Source: Paraspadella gotoi
Lineage: Eukaryota > Animalia > Chaetognatha
Length of the DNA stretch: 64,000 nucleotides
NCBI GenBank assembly: GCA_051294375.1
Contig: CM119268.1
Location: forward strand, 13,837,037 to 13,901,036
Reading direction: 5' to 3'
The notes under the pieces are model-generated. The model searched no databases. It was not told where the DNA came from and was given only the letters and a program-made list of their open reading frames with translations. How positions within the stretch are numbered: the first letter of the stretch is position 1; each line of letters starts with the position of its first letter. Position numbers and translations under genes: made by a program. Positions 46,008 to 58,678 of the stretch are shown piece after piece.

Positions 46008-47221
46008 AGGCTCAGGTTCTTTCTCAGTTGTATCTCAGTTGTCTTTTGGTTTGGAGTACTCATTCATCGCAGTCTATTTCTATATGACGTGCGTGATTTA
46101 ATGCTTAGATAATAAATGATTGTATTTGTAACTCTTTCACCGGCGTAATTCTTAATGTAAAAGAAAAGCAGGAATAAAAAAGGAAGGATAAAAAGCTAAC
46201 TAACTACGTAGAATGACCAAAAGAAAACGGAAAGGAAGTAAAAAAGAAAAGGGAAAAAAGAAAATGAAAAAAACTAGAGTAGAGGAATCCACCACATCCT
46301 ATTGCATACGGAATCAGATTCTCTGCGCCGAAAGCGAGGCGCCGAACATCCGGTCTCGAAGAGCGATAAACCCTGAGAATTACTGTCGAGAAGTCAAAGG
46401 CCAGAGACGTCAGGAATTAGGAGTTGGTCAGTATTTGGGGAAAAAGCTTGAGGCTAAAGTGGTTTCTCGTTGTGTCCCGAGAGACTTTGGACGTCACCCA
46501 AAGACAATTTAATTTCGTGTACTTTCGAGTAATTTCGTTTGTGTAATAGTATAATTTCGTCCAAGATACATTTTATGCTTATTACTGCTTAATCTGATCG
46601 AAGAGGAGACTCGCTTGCAATCCGTAAAAAGAAACTCGGAGAGTGAGTTCGCGTTCACACATCCGAGTCAAAGTAGCAATCGTTTGGGTCAAAGAGTGAA
46701 AGTGAAACTCAACTTCGGCTTTGACTCTAAAAATCGCAGACGTGAATCGTAAAATGGAAGAAGATTTATCGTCGCATTTGGAGGAAATGGAGTGAACGGA
46801 GAAAATGGAAAGTGAAAAAGGAAAAGAAAGAGAAAGTAAAAACAAAGTGAGGAAAGTGGAAAGTGAAGAAAGGGTAACGTGAAGGAAAGGGTTAGCGAAG
46901 GATGTGAGATTGAAGTGAAGGAACGGTGATTAAATTAGAAAGTGAAAGTAAAAAGGAAAGAGAAAGGAAAGAAAAACTAGAGGCAAAAGAGTGAAATAAG
47001 GAAAAAGTAAAGAAAGTTTAATAAAACTAAATTGAAGGAAATGGAAGGTCAATAAAAATTTGAAGGCCGTATGCGATAGAAAAATAAAAAATAATTTTTT
47101 TTTAAAAATTAAAGTTAAAACTTACTACCTTTCTTTTTTTAAAGTTATTTGGGGTAAGATAATTTTCCGTATTATTCAAAAGTTGTGATATAAATCCTTT
47201 CTTTTCGTTGTTTGGGACGAT

Positions 47222-47386
47222 TAGAGACAGTTTGAGTTTACTTTTGACAACGATTTTGTTTTTATGCAAAACAGACATGTTTCGGCTTCATTTCATAACG
47301 CTGATGAAGGCTTGAAATGAAGCCGAAACATGTCTGTTTTGCATAAAAATAAAATCGTTGTCAAAAGTAAACTCAAACTGTCTCTA
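47222..47386. mobile_element. Fold-back palindrome containing a hammerhead core; probable inverted Penelope-like pLTR remnant
   Basis: Near-perfect inverted arms of about 74 bp around a 17-nt loop. The plus strand reads CTGATGA-A-GGCTT-GAAATG-AAGCC-GAAAC-ATGTC (47301-47334), followed by AATAAAATCGTTGT. Confidence 0.7.
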
Positions 47387-47922
47387 TTAAAAAGTTTAAG
47401 ACTAAGTTGTTTCATATCATCATCTCTTTCCTCTACTTTTTTCGCCTCACGATTTTCAAATCTCATCTTTTTTTCATTTCCTCCTTTTAACGAGTTTTTT
47501 CCCTTCGCTTATTTTCTCTTTGAAAACTTTTCTTTTTCTCTCTCTCTCTTTTATCACTTTTTTCCTTTTCTCATTTTCTTCAAGTTTTTTTTTATGGCTT
47601 CTTTCACTTCACTTACTTTATTACTTCCTATATACACTATCTCGCAGACAAATTTTTTTCATTATATTATATATTTTCACTATATTCCTCCATCTGAAAA
47701 GACTGATCCGATTTTCCAAACTCTTTGTTGCTTACCGTCACTTTTGCAACGACTTTTTGCATATGGTAAAAAGTGTTTCTCTTTTTTTTCTCCTTTTTTT
47801 CGTCAAAACCCAAGAATCAATTCTTGTAACGTAGTCTTAGTATTATTATTGTTATTTTTTCTTTCAGTTCCTCGGTTGCACGAAGTACTTTTCTCCCCAA
47901 TTTACATAGTGCGAGAAGCGAG

Positions 47923-48011
<89 letters not shown>

Positions 48012-49297
48012 AGAGAGAGAAGAGAGAGAGAGAACGAGAGAACCAAGTGAAAGAAACCGAGAGGGGGGGGGCGGAGACTTTTTTTTACTGGGAGGAGTCG
48101 AAAGCGTCAGCGCCCGCACAGCCGCTGCAGCCGCCGCGCCCGCCGCGCCCGCCGCGCCAGCCTTCGTCCGCCGTCCTGCCAGGGAAAACAAAGCGCCGTG
48201 AGAATCCTGGCGACGCCGCGCCACGAAATTCCGGAAATCAACGTCGACGTCTTTGTTTATCGTCGTCCACCACCTGGGGAGAAAAAACGGAATTCTTCGC
48301 CTTCGTTTTCGCCTTTCGTCTTTCGCCTCACTTCGCCCGGTTTCGCCATTGTTTGCCATCGTTTTTATCTTTGCCATTGGCCGTATTATTGCCATCCGTC
48401 TTCGCCATTCGACGTCTTCTTGCCATTTGTCTTCCATTACCCCGCTCGTATGTTCCCGCGCTTCCCCGCAGCGAAACGACCGCTCGATATCCCGTTGTCA
48501 ACAAGATTTACGCGCCCCGTTGCTAAGGGGATTTTTTCGTCGCCGTCGCTAGCAGGATGGTTTTTTTTTTTACTGAAACTAATCATATTACTTAGGTAAT
48601 GCACAAAAACTATAAAATAGGATAAATTATAATTTAATTATTTTTTAATTATTTATTCATCTATCAAAGGATTTTTGCCCATTTTGAATATTTTTCAGAG
48701 CTACTTGAAAAAATTTTCGTATTTCTTTTAAGACTAGGCTAAATTCAAACTGCATATCTGACTAACCTATTACTACAGCTATTTACATGTTACGGGCGTG
48801 CATTTTAATCAGTAACAATGTGGTGGCAATTCTCTCAGTTACGCGCCAAGAGGGATACAAAAACAAGTTAATTGCCACCGGGAAGAGAATAAGTACTCCC
48901 ACTCCAAATAAAGCGAATAAAATGTAAACTTTAAACTTTAAGGTGAAAGATAATTAAAGATAAGTTAAAGATTAAAGTTTAAAGATTAAAAATTAAAGAT
49001 AAGTAAAAGATATTTAACAAACAATTTTTTTTCACACTCATTTTTTCTTCTTTTTTTTCAATAACCTTCCATCAAAACCAAAATTCCCCCCGGGAATTTT
49101 CGTCTCGTCGATTCTGCTTCGCGTGACGCCAAACATCAGCGCCATTTCGACCCACACCCTCGCGTCAGTCCGTAAGTGATGATTGACGCCTCCATGACAA
49201 TCAAAAGGTAAAGAGCGACGCCTCTGCGTCAATCAAGAAGGTGTAGTCGGGCATTGCCTAGGTTCACCTTGCCTAAAAGCATGACACCTTAAGTCAT

Positions 49298-49420
49298 GAC
49301 CCGGTGGCTCATTGAGTAAAGCCATTAGCTCATGACTACTAGGTACTGGTTTCAATCCCAACCCAGCACCTACCCTACGCCGACTGTGATTATCCAAGTG
49401 AGTGACTATCCCAGCTTCCC
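49298..49420 (+). mobile_element. Degenerate tRNA-derived SINE head or tRNA pseudogene
   Basis: A-box-like TGGCTCATTGAG (49305-49316) and B-box-like GGTTTCAATCC (49348-49358) at tRNA-like spacing. No complete cloverleaf. Confidence 0.4.
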
Positions 49421-49619
49421 TGCCCATTCCCTGCCCAATCCAAACTTACGTGAACCTCCTCTACGCTAATTTAGAACGATCTGCCCCGCCTCCATTCCAA
49501 TCAAAAAGAATTAATGGCCTCCCCCAGGCCACGCCCCTGCCTCGCCCCCTTTTTTTCTAGACTGGCGCAACGACGACGCACGCGGGCGTCAGGAAAAGAA
49601 AAGGAGGAAGAGGAAGAGG

Positions 49620-49779
49620 ATTGACCGGAAGTCGATGTGACGCCGACGCCGAAAGTTGCGTCGCGCCCGGCGCTATCGACGCGGCGTCACTCGGCGCTCT
49701 TTCGATTCCTCGCTGTCGCTCTTATCTTCTTTCTCTTCTACAACGTTTTCTCTCTGAATCCACAATTTAACAAAAAAAG
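49620..49779 (+). promoter_or_regulatory. CpG-rich putative promoter and non-coding first exon of the FLVCR gene
   Basis: ETS-type CCGGAAGT at 49625-49632 in a CpG-rich island. Donor AAG|GTAATT at 49780, and a strong acceptor at 51932 just before the ATG. Confidence 0.4.
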
Positions 49780-51937
49780 GTAATTCTAAAATAATCTTTG
49801 ATATTTGGCTAAACCAACAAGTAAAAGTTTACCAACTGGGCAAAAAGATTTTTCGGATGACCTACTAGAATTTGCTGTAGGTAAATTTTAGAGATACCAA
49901 AAAAAATTTTTCAATCAATTTTTTTTTTTTAAAACTAATGAGCCATAACGACCTTAAACAGTTACAGTTATAAATTAGTGGTGGACAATTCGTCAACCGG
50001 AACCGAAAGAATGACAGTTCGGTTTAAAGTAATAAATTATCAACTGAAAAACGCAACTAACGCTAACGAGAAAACCCGCATAAGGGTTTTGCTGAAGCGC
50101 GAAACATTTCTGACGCATCTAATCATAATATTTTTCTAATTTGTTGATGTATAAGGTATTTGTTTATTTAGCTGTTTATGGCAAGAATTCTTAGCGGCGA
50201 TAATTTTAAAGTTTTTCTGTAAGAAAGCCATTTTCGAGCTACACCGGGGTGATAGCGTAGTCTCTTTTCTAAATTCACAGATGATAAAGTGTGATGAGCC
50301 TGTTTTCGAAGTCCACGTTCTGGATTGCCAGGGTACAATGGCAACATGTCCTCACAATCAAAGAGGAGATGGGCGAGGTTCGGCCCAACACTCTCGTGCT
50401 CTTTTAAACTCCACTTGGCGCTCTTCATACTAAATTCGTTTAGTGCAATTGGCATTTTTTAAGCCCATTACGTTTTTTTTCCTTTAATGAAATTTTTTCA
50501 CACTTAAAAGTCAATTATTATATTTGGATAAAGAACGGTTTCGATATTTTAATTTTAAAATGTATTTAATGAAATTAGGTTTTTTTTATTAAGTTCATAA
50601 AAAATATTTTAAAAATTACGCTTTTCCTCATCGACCATTTACTTTTTTTTTCTCGGTCATTGAACGAAGACGGGAAATTGAAAGGGTTGGAATTCTGCCC
50701 AAAAAAAATGGAGGATGATTGGGGAAAAAGTACTTCGGTCCATGTCCACATACAAAAAAAAAAACAACTTAATCTCAGCAGACAGAAATGGATGAAAACG
50801 AGACGAAACTTTTTATCTTTATTACATTAAAACGTCTTTTTAACGTCGAATCCTCGCTCGACCCTAGTCGAAAAAAAATTAACAAAAAAATGTACTTTTT
50901 GTTTTCAGGTTTTTTTTCGTCAGTAAAAAAAATTGTTGTGTTCGATGCCCCATGAAAGAGATAGATCAAGCGATCCGGAGACCCGTAGACCTATAAACCC
51001 ATTCTCAGCGGGTTTTTTTTTTTTATTTGATTCTTTTTTTTTTTCCTTTTTCAAAACAACCCAAAATATTGAATTATTCTCCTTTTTTTACGAACGATCA
51101 TTTTTCCCTCTGAAACGCTGGAGAGAAAAAAAAACTAAGTTTTTTGCAGAGATGAATTCGTTTTTGATGAAAATAGCGATTGAACGCGACGTCACTATAA
51201 TGATTTAAAAAACTCGTCGAAAGTACAACCAAAACGTAAGATTATCAAATAGTTTTGATTTCATTTGGAATTCGTTTAAAAATAAATAACGACCTGAGAA
51301 TTTGGGGTTTTTTTATCTGTGGGAGAGCTTGGTGTTATCAGTTATCAGTTGTTATCATTATTTTTTCTTCGCCTGTAAACTGAAAGCTAATTTTCGTTTC
51401 CCTATCTTTCAACCTGTAAATATTGATTGTTGACATATTTTGCACCTTATAAACTGGAAATTAAGAAATTAAGCCCTCTCACCACTGTATTTTCATCCAA
51501 TATATTGTCCTATTTTAAACGGATTTTCGTTTGTAACGAATTTGTCAACAGTTTTGATATTAGTTTTATTGTCGTCTTTCTTAAAGATAAAATCATACGA
51601 TTTTAAAAAAGATTATGAAAAATCTATGAAAAATCACTGCATAAAACATTTGTAACTTAGACATCAAAATACCGTTAGGGAAAACTTTTTTCAAGAAATA
51701 ATCATTGAATCATTTGGCATCTCTTTCTCAAGGTGAAACCATGGGTTTTAATTAAATGATGAAATGAATAAAGTTATAAATGTATAAGGCATAATTAGGT
51801 AATTACATGTATAAAAGCTTATAGAAACAACAAACAGTGTTGCTTAACAATGTTTTCGGGTTTCAGATTATGGTGCACTTTTGATTTTACTCTCCCTTCC
51901 TTTCTTTTCTCTTCTATCTTTCTCTTTCTCAGTAAAG

Positions 51938-53246
51938 ATGGCGGACGCAGATAAAGGTATCGTCGGCGTGGTGGACCCCGACGATAGAGACGCCAACGAC
52001 AAACACGGAAACTCAGAAACAAAAGACGAGAAGTTTCATCTCTACCGTCGACGATGGCTCGTGCTCGTCATTTTTTGCCTCACCTCCATGACGAACTCCT
52101 TCCAGGTAATATCACAACCCGTTGGATACGACTGTTCCTTCCATCTCCGGACCCAATGACCAAGGGCTCTAGCCCTGGTTGGAACAGTCCTTGCCAAAAA
52201 GAGTGACAAGCCTCACGCCGCATCCGGAAAGCAAGGCAACTGACAGAAAAATATCCCAGACTCACTGGGCACACTAAGTGTGGGGCCTGTCCTCACTCAC
52301 AGTCAGTTGCCTTGATTTCCGGAACTTCGCATCCGGCGGTAAGCTTGCTCCGTCACTTATTTATAACATTTGTTTATTTTTGTCAAACCACAATGACTGT
52401 TTCTAAGTGCTTACTGAACGGAAAAAATATACATAAATTCATAATAGTCGTATTATTGAAAAAAATATGTTTTTAGCCATTCTATAGTTAGAATAACGGA
52501 GCATTCACTTATTTACTGGTTGTACCAATTTCATAAAACTGTATTTCTGTCGCTCAAGTGATAAAATTCGTCAGAGATTCCTAAATCAGTAAATGTAATC
52601 AGCAACGGTCCCGCCTCGTTCCCTTTACGATTTAAATCCGCTAGAGCTGTGAATAATTGCGGCCATTACTTAATTCCCGATTCACGAATCAGTAATCACG
52701 AATCAAAAATCCTCATTAACGAATCACAGACAGACAGAGAGAGAGTCACAAAGACAGAGAGAGAATGAACGTAAGGAAAAAAACTTACCATCCCTCACTT
52801 ACCAATCAGTGGGCGGAGTACGTGATCATCATGCCGCAAGTGGCGTTCTTCTACAACGACTCTCTCCCCGCGGACGAAGGGAATCGAACCAACTACATCA
52901 CTTGGACCTCGATGATCTACATGTTGACCTACATCCCCTTCGTCTTCGTCTTCGCCTGGTTTGTCTCCAAGTTCGGGCTGAGGTGGTGCGCCCTCATGGC
53001 CAACGGACTCAACACAGTCGGAACTTGGATCAAGGTGGGCCGGGGATAGTGATAAGGATAGAGATTTTACCTTGTCATAAAATACAAAATCAATTTTATT
53101 AATTGTAAGATGTCCAATTTTGCAATCGCCAGGTCGCCAGCGTTCGATCTGATTTATTCGGCGTTGCGTTCTTTGGCCAATGCTTTACCGGCACCGCGCA
53201 AAGCTTCATCCTCGGAGTTCCAGGCGAGCATCTGTCTCTGTCTCTT

Positions 53247-53321
<75 letters not shown>

Positions 53322-53611
53322 GGACTGTTTCCCTCTGTAACCTGTCTATCTCCCTCCGTTTGAACAACCAATCGCCAATCAGCCTACCAAGCTGCCATCT
53401 GGTTCGGCGCCTCCGAGTTGTCAATGGCGACGGCGTTCGGCGTCTTCGGCAATACAACTCGGCGTCGGCCTGGGATTCCGTCCCGCCTCTGCTGGTGCCG
53501 GATCCGGACGAGATTCCGGAAGGGAAGGACAAGATGGCCGAAATGACTAGGGGATGGTGAGATAGAGCGAGAGTGAGAGAGAGAGAGTGAGAGACAAACA
53601 GAGAGAAGGGA

Positions 53612-53707
<96 letters not shown>

Positions 53708-55871
53708 AAACAAAGAGTGAATTTAAAAAAAAAAACAGATTGTAACAAAGAGCGAAATAGAGTATAAATGTAAAAAAGTTATAAAGGAAGACAGAAGTAA
53801 AGAAAGAAATAAGAGAGAATCAAAGAAGACGAAAAAGAAAAAAAAGGAAGGAAAGTTCCTCCACTCCGCTCAAACTCGATCCATCGCCAGGTACACTCTA
53901 CTCGTCGCCATCGCCGTCCTCTCCACGGTTCTCCTCCTACTCGTCCTCCTCTTTTATAAGAAGGCGCCGCCGACGCCGCCCAGCAAGGCGCAGGTGGAAC
54001 ATAATTGGAATTAATTTGGAATGAAAAAAACAAACAAACAAAATAGCAATTTCAGTGATAATCTACGCTTTTTAACTGTTTTTGAGGGTACCTATTCTTT
54101 TACAAATAAAACATTTAATGTGATGTTTCAACGTTTAAAAAGGAAGCAATAGAATAGAATAGAATAGAAATTGGAAAATTAACGTAAACCACATCATCTT
54201 TTCCAACCCCAATTTCGTCCCAACCTCCAGCTGGCCTTGCAGGAGCAGCTCAGCGCCGAATCCTCCTCCGGCGACTACATCCGCTCCTTGAAGACTCTCT
54301 TGACCGACCCTCACTACTGTTTGATCCTCTTCTCGTACGGATTTAACACCGGGTCTTACTACGCTATAGGTTGTCGGAAATAAACCGATCACTGCAAAGG
54401 GATTATTTGTCTTTTAACTTGACTGCATTTTATGGATGTTGTAACGAAAATTAACCATGATTACCTCACTACTTTAACAAATGCTCTAAGGTTTTGTCCA
54501 TTCTTTAGGAACACTTTTGAACCCGATTTTATTGGACGAATTCAACAATGACAAAGATGAAAGGACCCGAGCGAATCAGAACGCGGGCTGGATCGGACTT
54601 ACCTTCGTCCTCACCGGTCTTGCTGGTGAGAATCTATTTTATCTACTAAAATCACTCCCAGAGTCTTTAAGTCTTGTTCCTTTGTTTTTGCTTTTTAAAC
54701 TGTCAAAAGAGGGATGACGTACCTTCTCATTAAATAAACAAATGATAACCTATTGACGGAAACTTCGACATAATTATATAATATATATACTATTAGTTTA
54801 TTAGATATGCTCTTTTAAAAACAACCTCTTTTACCATAAAAATCATTATTTTCTAAAGAATGTTCGTAGGTTCCATCTTGGCTGGAATTTGCTTGGACAA
54901 ATGGAAAAGATTCAAATTAACAACCATTATCATTTACATATGTTGCTTCGTTTCTACTTTGGTCTACACGTTCACTCTTCAACTCAGGTAATTTGATTCA
55001 TGAATTAACATTACATGTACAAATTAAATGATATTGATATCACGACATTAATTGACTCAAATAGGTCGATTGTTCTCGACTACATCACGATCGGCGTGAT
55101 GGGATTCTTCATGACCGGCTACTTACCAATCGGATTCGAATTTGCCGCGGAAATTACTTACCCTGTTCCCGAAGGGACATCGACCGGCCTCCTCAACTGC
55201 ATGGCGCAGGTGGGTTTTATGGTTTGAAGACATATGTAATTTCATGTAATACGATTTCGTAATATGGAACTCTTAGGTTTTCGGCGTCTTGATGACTTTT
55301 GCTGGTTCCTACATCGTGGACAAAAGCGTCTTGGGATTCAATCTCATGTGTTGCATCATTCTCGGTCAGTCCGTAATTACTGAGGTCACCGCAAAACCTA
55401 ATCACATTCCGTTAAATGCCAAGTGTGAAGTTTACACGTACAGTTATAATGATATTGTAAAATGAGAATTTGCGAAACAGAAGGCACAAAATTGCCTGAA
55501 GGCAAAAATGCAAAGTTCCAGAGTACAAATACGTAAAAATTTATCGAGAGCTAAATTTTTTTAAAACATGAAATAATTTTAATGTCCGAAATTACAAAAT
55601 ACGAATTATGTAAAAATCGCACCAAATTAGCCACTGCGAAATTCCAAAACTTAAAAATTGCAAAATTGCTGAGTTCAGTGACGCCAATCGGGCCCTCGAC
55701 GCCACGCCCATTTTTATTCCCTCAGGAATCGGCAGCGTCATGATGATCGTCGTCAAGGAAGACAAGAAGCGGCAGCGCGCCGGAACCAAAACGGAACCGG
55801 TGCCCACGTCGGACGGAGCCGCGCCGCTGAGCGAAAACCGAGTGGCGCCCTCGCCGGAAGTCAAACTCTGA
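51938..55871 (+). CDS. FLVCR: FLVCR/SLC49-family MFS transporter (choline/ethanolamine/heme transporter family), 11 coding exons
   Basis: Exons 51938-52105, 52810-53034, 53133-53223, 53383-53556, 53891-53993, 54231-54369, 54509-54625, 54870-54987, 55065-55209, 55277-55364 and 55726-55871. Motifs: [75 protein letters not shown]. Exon 4 contains small indels. Confidence 0.92.
52196..52358. other. Structured GC-rich intronic element (long stem capped by small hairpins); candidate ncRNA or MITE
   Basis: Nested pairings AGTGAC/GTCACT, CAAGC/GCTTG, CGCCG/CGGCG, TCCGGAAA/TTTCCGGA and CAAGGCAACTGAC/GTCAGTTGCCTTG. Inner hairpins are CCCAG/CTGGG and CACAC/GTGTG. Confidence 0.55.
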
Positions 55872-57689
55872 TCGACCCTCATCGATTTAATTTTTTTTTT
55901 TTTTTCAAAATACTTTTTTTTTTTGTCTCCGTCGTTCTTTCTTCTTCTTCCTCCTTCGCTTTAAAAAATCCCCAACATATCTCACCGTTCCTTTTTCATT
56001 TCTCATACATATTATAATTTATTTTAAAAAAAAACCGCTCAATGTTCATCGATTAGTCGTTGTTTTCTTGTACAAAATGTATCTTTTTTAAAAAAAAGCA
56101 TTTTCCTATGCCCGCACTGTGATCGTATTTAGCTACGATTCAAACATTTATTAACATGCGAACGCATTTTCTATGGCATATCATCTGAGTGGGCGACTTT
56201 TCGTCATCAAAACATGATCTAGCCTCTCTTTAGTCGATCGCTCTAAGCAGCAATACTAAGTGATTTTATTGCTCGTATTGTTTCACTTTTTATCGATTCG
56301 AATTTTATATTCGTGAAGTAAACAAGAAAAAAATTTGACTGAAAAGTGTGAATTATTGAGTCAGTATTTTGTTTCTTGGAGATAGAGAAAACAAATGAAC
56401 TTAAGAAGGAAGTAATAAGAGCTACGATAGAAAAAGAAAGAAATTATTATCTGCAAACGATAGGCGGAATAGTGCAGCGGTCAAACGCTCCATTAGGACG
56501 TACGATTTCTGCAAACTTACGTTACGTTACTGACACTGATTATAACACCGGGAACACGTTTTCGGGAGCATAAAAAACCAGTTTTACCTGTCTTGATAAG
56601 ACGCTTGGGACACGCATATCTATTCCACTTTTTTATCCCTCATTAAAATAATTAAACCGGTATTTCGATGAAAACAAAAAATTCTCGGACTTGTGACTCG
56701 GCAAAATTGTTTTGAAGCCGCTGTATTTTCTTTCTTAACAAAATTAAAAAAAGGATAATATGGTGTTGACTTTGAGTCTCGTCATAAAGAGTGATTCAAT
56801 CACGACAACGGTAAGAAATTAAAAGAAACTCGATATTTGTCTTTCTAGTAACGATATAACTTTTGGCTTAATCTTAAGGTTATCATTTCAACTTTTGTTG
56901 TCCTTGTGATATTTTCCTTGGCATTGTGGATGTTTTTTAGAGAAGCATTGCGCCAGGTAATTTGATTGTTAATTAAGCAGTAGACATGAGATAGTATTTT
57001 TATGCAACTCTGTCAGAGTTTCATTTTACAGAATGAGCGGGAAATCCGACCGCAGCAATATAACGTGCCGTACGAAGAATTGCCTTTCGGTGTTCAAGAA
57101 GTCGCTGAATGAAAATGAGATTTTGGCCAGAGAATGGAGAACTTCGAGATTTTCATAAATTATACAGTTAATTTAACAACCAAAGCATATTTATATAATT
57201 TATGAGTAGGCGGTACAAAATTATAGAAAGTTTCTCGCTTTTTACTTTAGCAGGTTGTCAAAAACAGAGTCATATTGCAAAATATGTATCCGAAATTATT
57301 TTACCTGTAATTTCGTTATCTTTGTGACAATAAACTAATTAATCAATATGAAGAATATCATTGATAAATATTCTGAATGAGTCATTAAGATAAGATAGTT
57401 CCATAAAACAATGACTGGATTCAATTGATACGTAAAAATTTACTTGAATCATTTATTGAAGAGAAAGTTACTTTTCTAGATGAGTTCCCTTCAACCTTAC
57501 ATCTGATATGTGTTGTAATAATACTATATAATACCATATTACTAATATGGTCACTATCGACTAATTCGCTTTGATAAAGAATCAAGATTATCTTTACTTC
57601 GGTCTGAGGTTTTTTTTTTCAAACGTTACGAAAAAGTTAAAGTACAGTTTTCTAAATTTATCTTAGTTGTACATTGTCAAATGTAATTA

Positions 57690-57725
<36 letters not shown>

Positions 57726-57840
57726 ACTTTTCACCATTTCAAAATTATCTTCTTCTCTGTTCTTACCTTCACCTGTCCTCTCATCTGGCCACTGTCCTTT
57801 ACTCAGCCCTTTGTTGGAAACTCTCCCTCAATCTCTCTCA

Positions 57841-57872
<32 letters not shown>

Positions 57873-57904
57873 AACTTAATGTGTAGAGCATTTTTGATAA
57901 TGTT

Positions 57905-57975
57905 TTTTCAAAGCTGATGAAGACTCGAATCAACAGAGTCGAAACATGTACTATGACAATAAAAATCGTTGTATT
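57905..57975 (+). ncRNA. Minimal type I hammerhead ribozyme motif (Penelope-like element type)
   Basis: CTGATGA (57914-57920), an extra A, stem II GACTC/GAGTC, GAAAC, palindromic ACATGT and a GTA cleavage triplet (57950). Stem I is TCAAAG/CTATGA (5 of 6 pairs). AATAAA follows. Confidence 0.7.
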
Positions 57976-58562
57976 GGCAAACAATAAACAATTCCTAATA
58001 GTACAGTTTCTGTAATAAGTATAAATTTAAAACCACAATGCTAATAATAGAAAAATCCGAGGTTACGTACGGTCGTCGATCTATCTCGGTTTTAAATAGT
58101 CTCGCCCCGGGACACTGACTCCGTTCGAACAAATCAATCAAATCGTATCTTTTCTTGTTATTATTAGTCCCTAATCCTCATTCCCTGACATATTATTCCA
58201 TCCATAAGAAATTTATGACCCCACTCTCTTAACTCCGGCAAATATCGAATGGAAGTAGTGACGTTATCGGGAAGCGGATGGCTCAAGCTCTGAGCAGAAT
58301 TCGTCATCAGGAAGAGATGAGGACATCAATATTGTCTCGAGCGGAAAGAGATGAAGTCGCAACGTTGGAAACGACATGCGATCAGTTTTGGTCTGGCTTG
58401 TTTTCTTTGAACCATTTTAAACTTAACCGATACAACTGATGATTTTTTTTTTTCTATTCTGTTTTCTTGTTTTTAGCGATAATTAAATATGAAATATGAT
58501 CTTATCGTATCATTCTTCAAAAATTTCTTCGTTCATCAAGATCGGGATCTAAATGTTGATTC

Positions 58563-58678
58563 ATAAAATTGGTACAACCAATATAAAATTTATCCATTCA
58601 TTTAATAAATAAGCTATCTTGCCCATGACTTTGGACAGGGTTTGGTGGTTTAAGGCCTCCATCACTTTTACAAGATAG
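58563..58678. repeat. Dispersed repeat family B, copy 4
   Basis: AAATTGGTACAACCAATATAAAATTTATCCATTCATTTAATAAATAAGCTATCTTGCCC...TTTAAGGCCTCC. Confidence 0.85.

Noticed and set aside
47330-48526. 398-aa ORF and other long ORFs over (AG)n, (CT)n, (AAAG)n repeats or N runs
   Set aside because: They are open only because of stop-free low-complexity sequence or Ns. No domain is recognisable.
52250-52300. RNase P/MRP-like GAGGACAGGCCCC on the minus strand
   Set aside because: The element is too short and lacks a convincing P4 partner and the other conserved regions. It is kept only as an unassigned structured element.
53383-53556. Frameshifts in FLVCR exon 4 (similar indels or stops in WDR64 exons near 8240, 10415 and 13100-13300)
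   Set aside because: These are isolated indels in otherwise conserved genes. Sequencing or assembly error is more parsimonious than pseudogenisation or programmed frameshifting.
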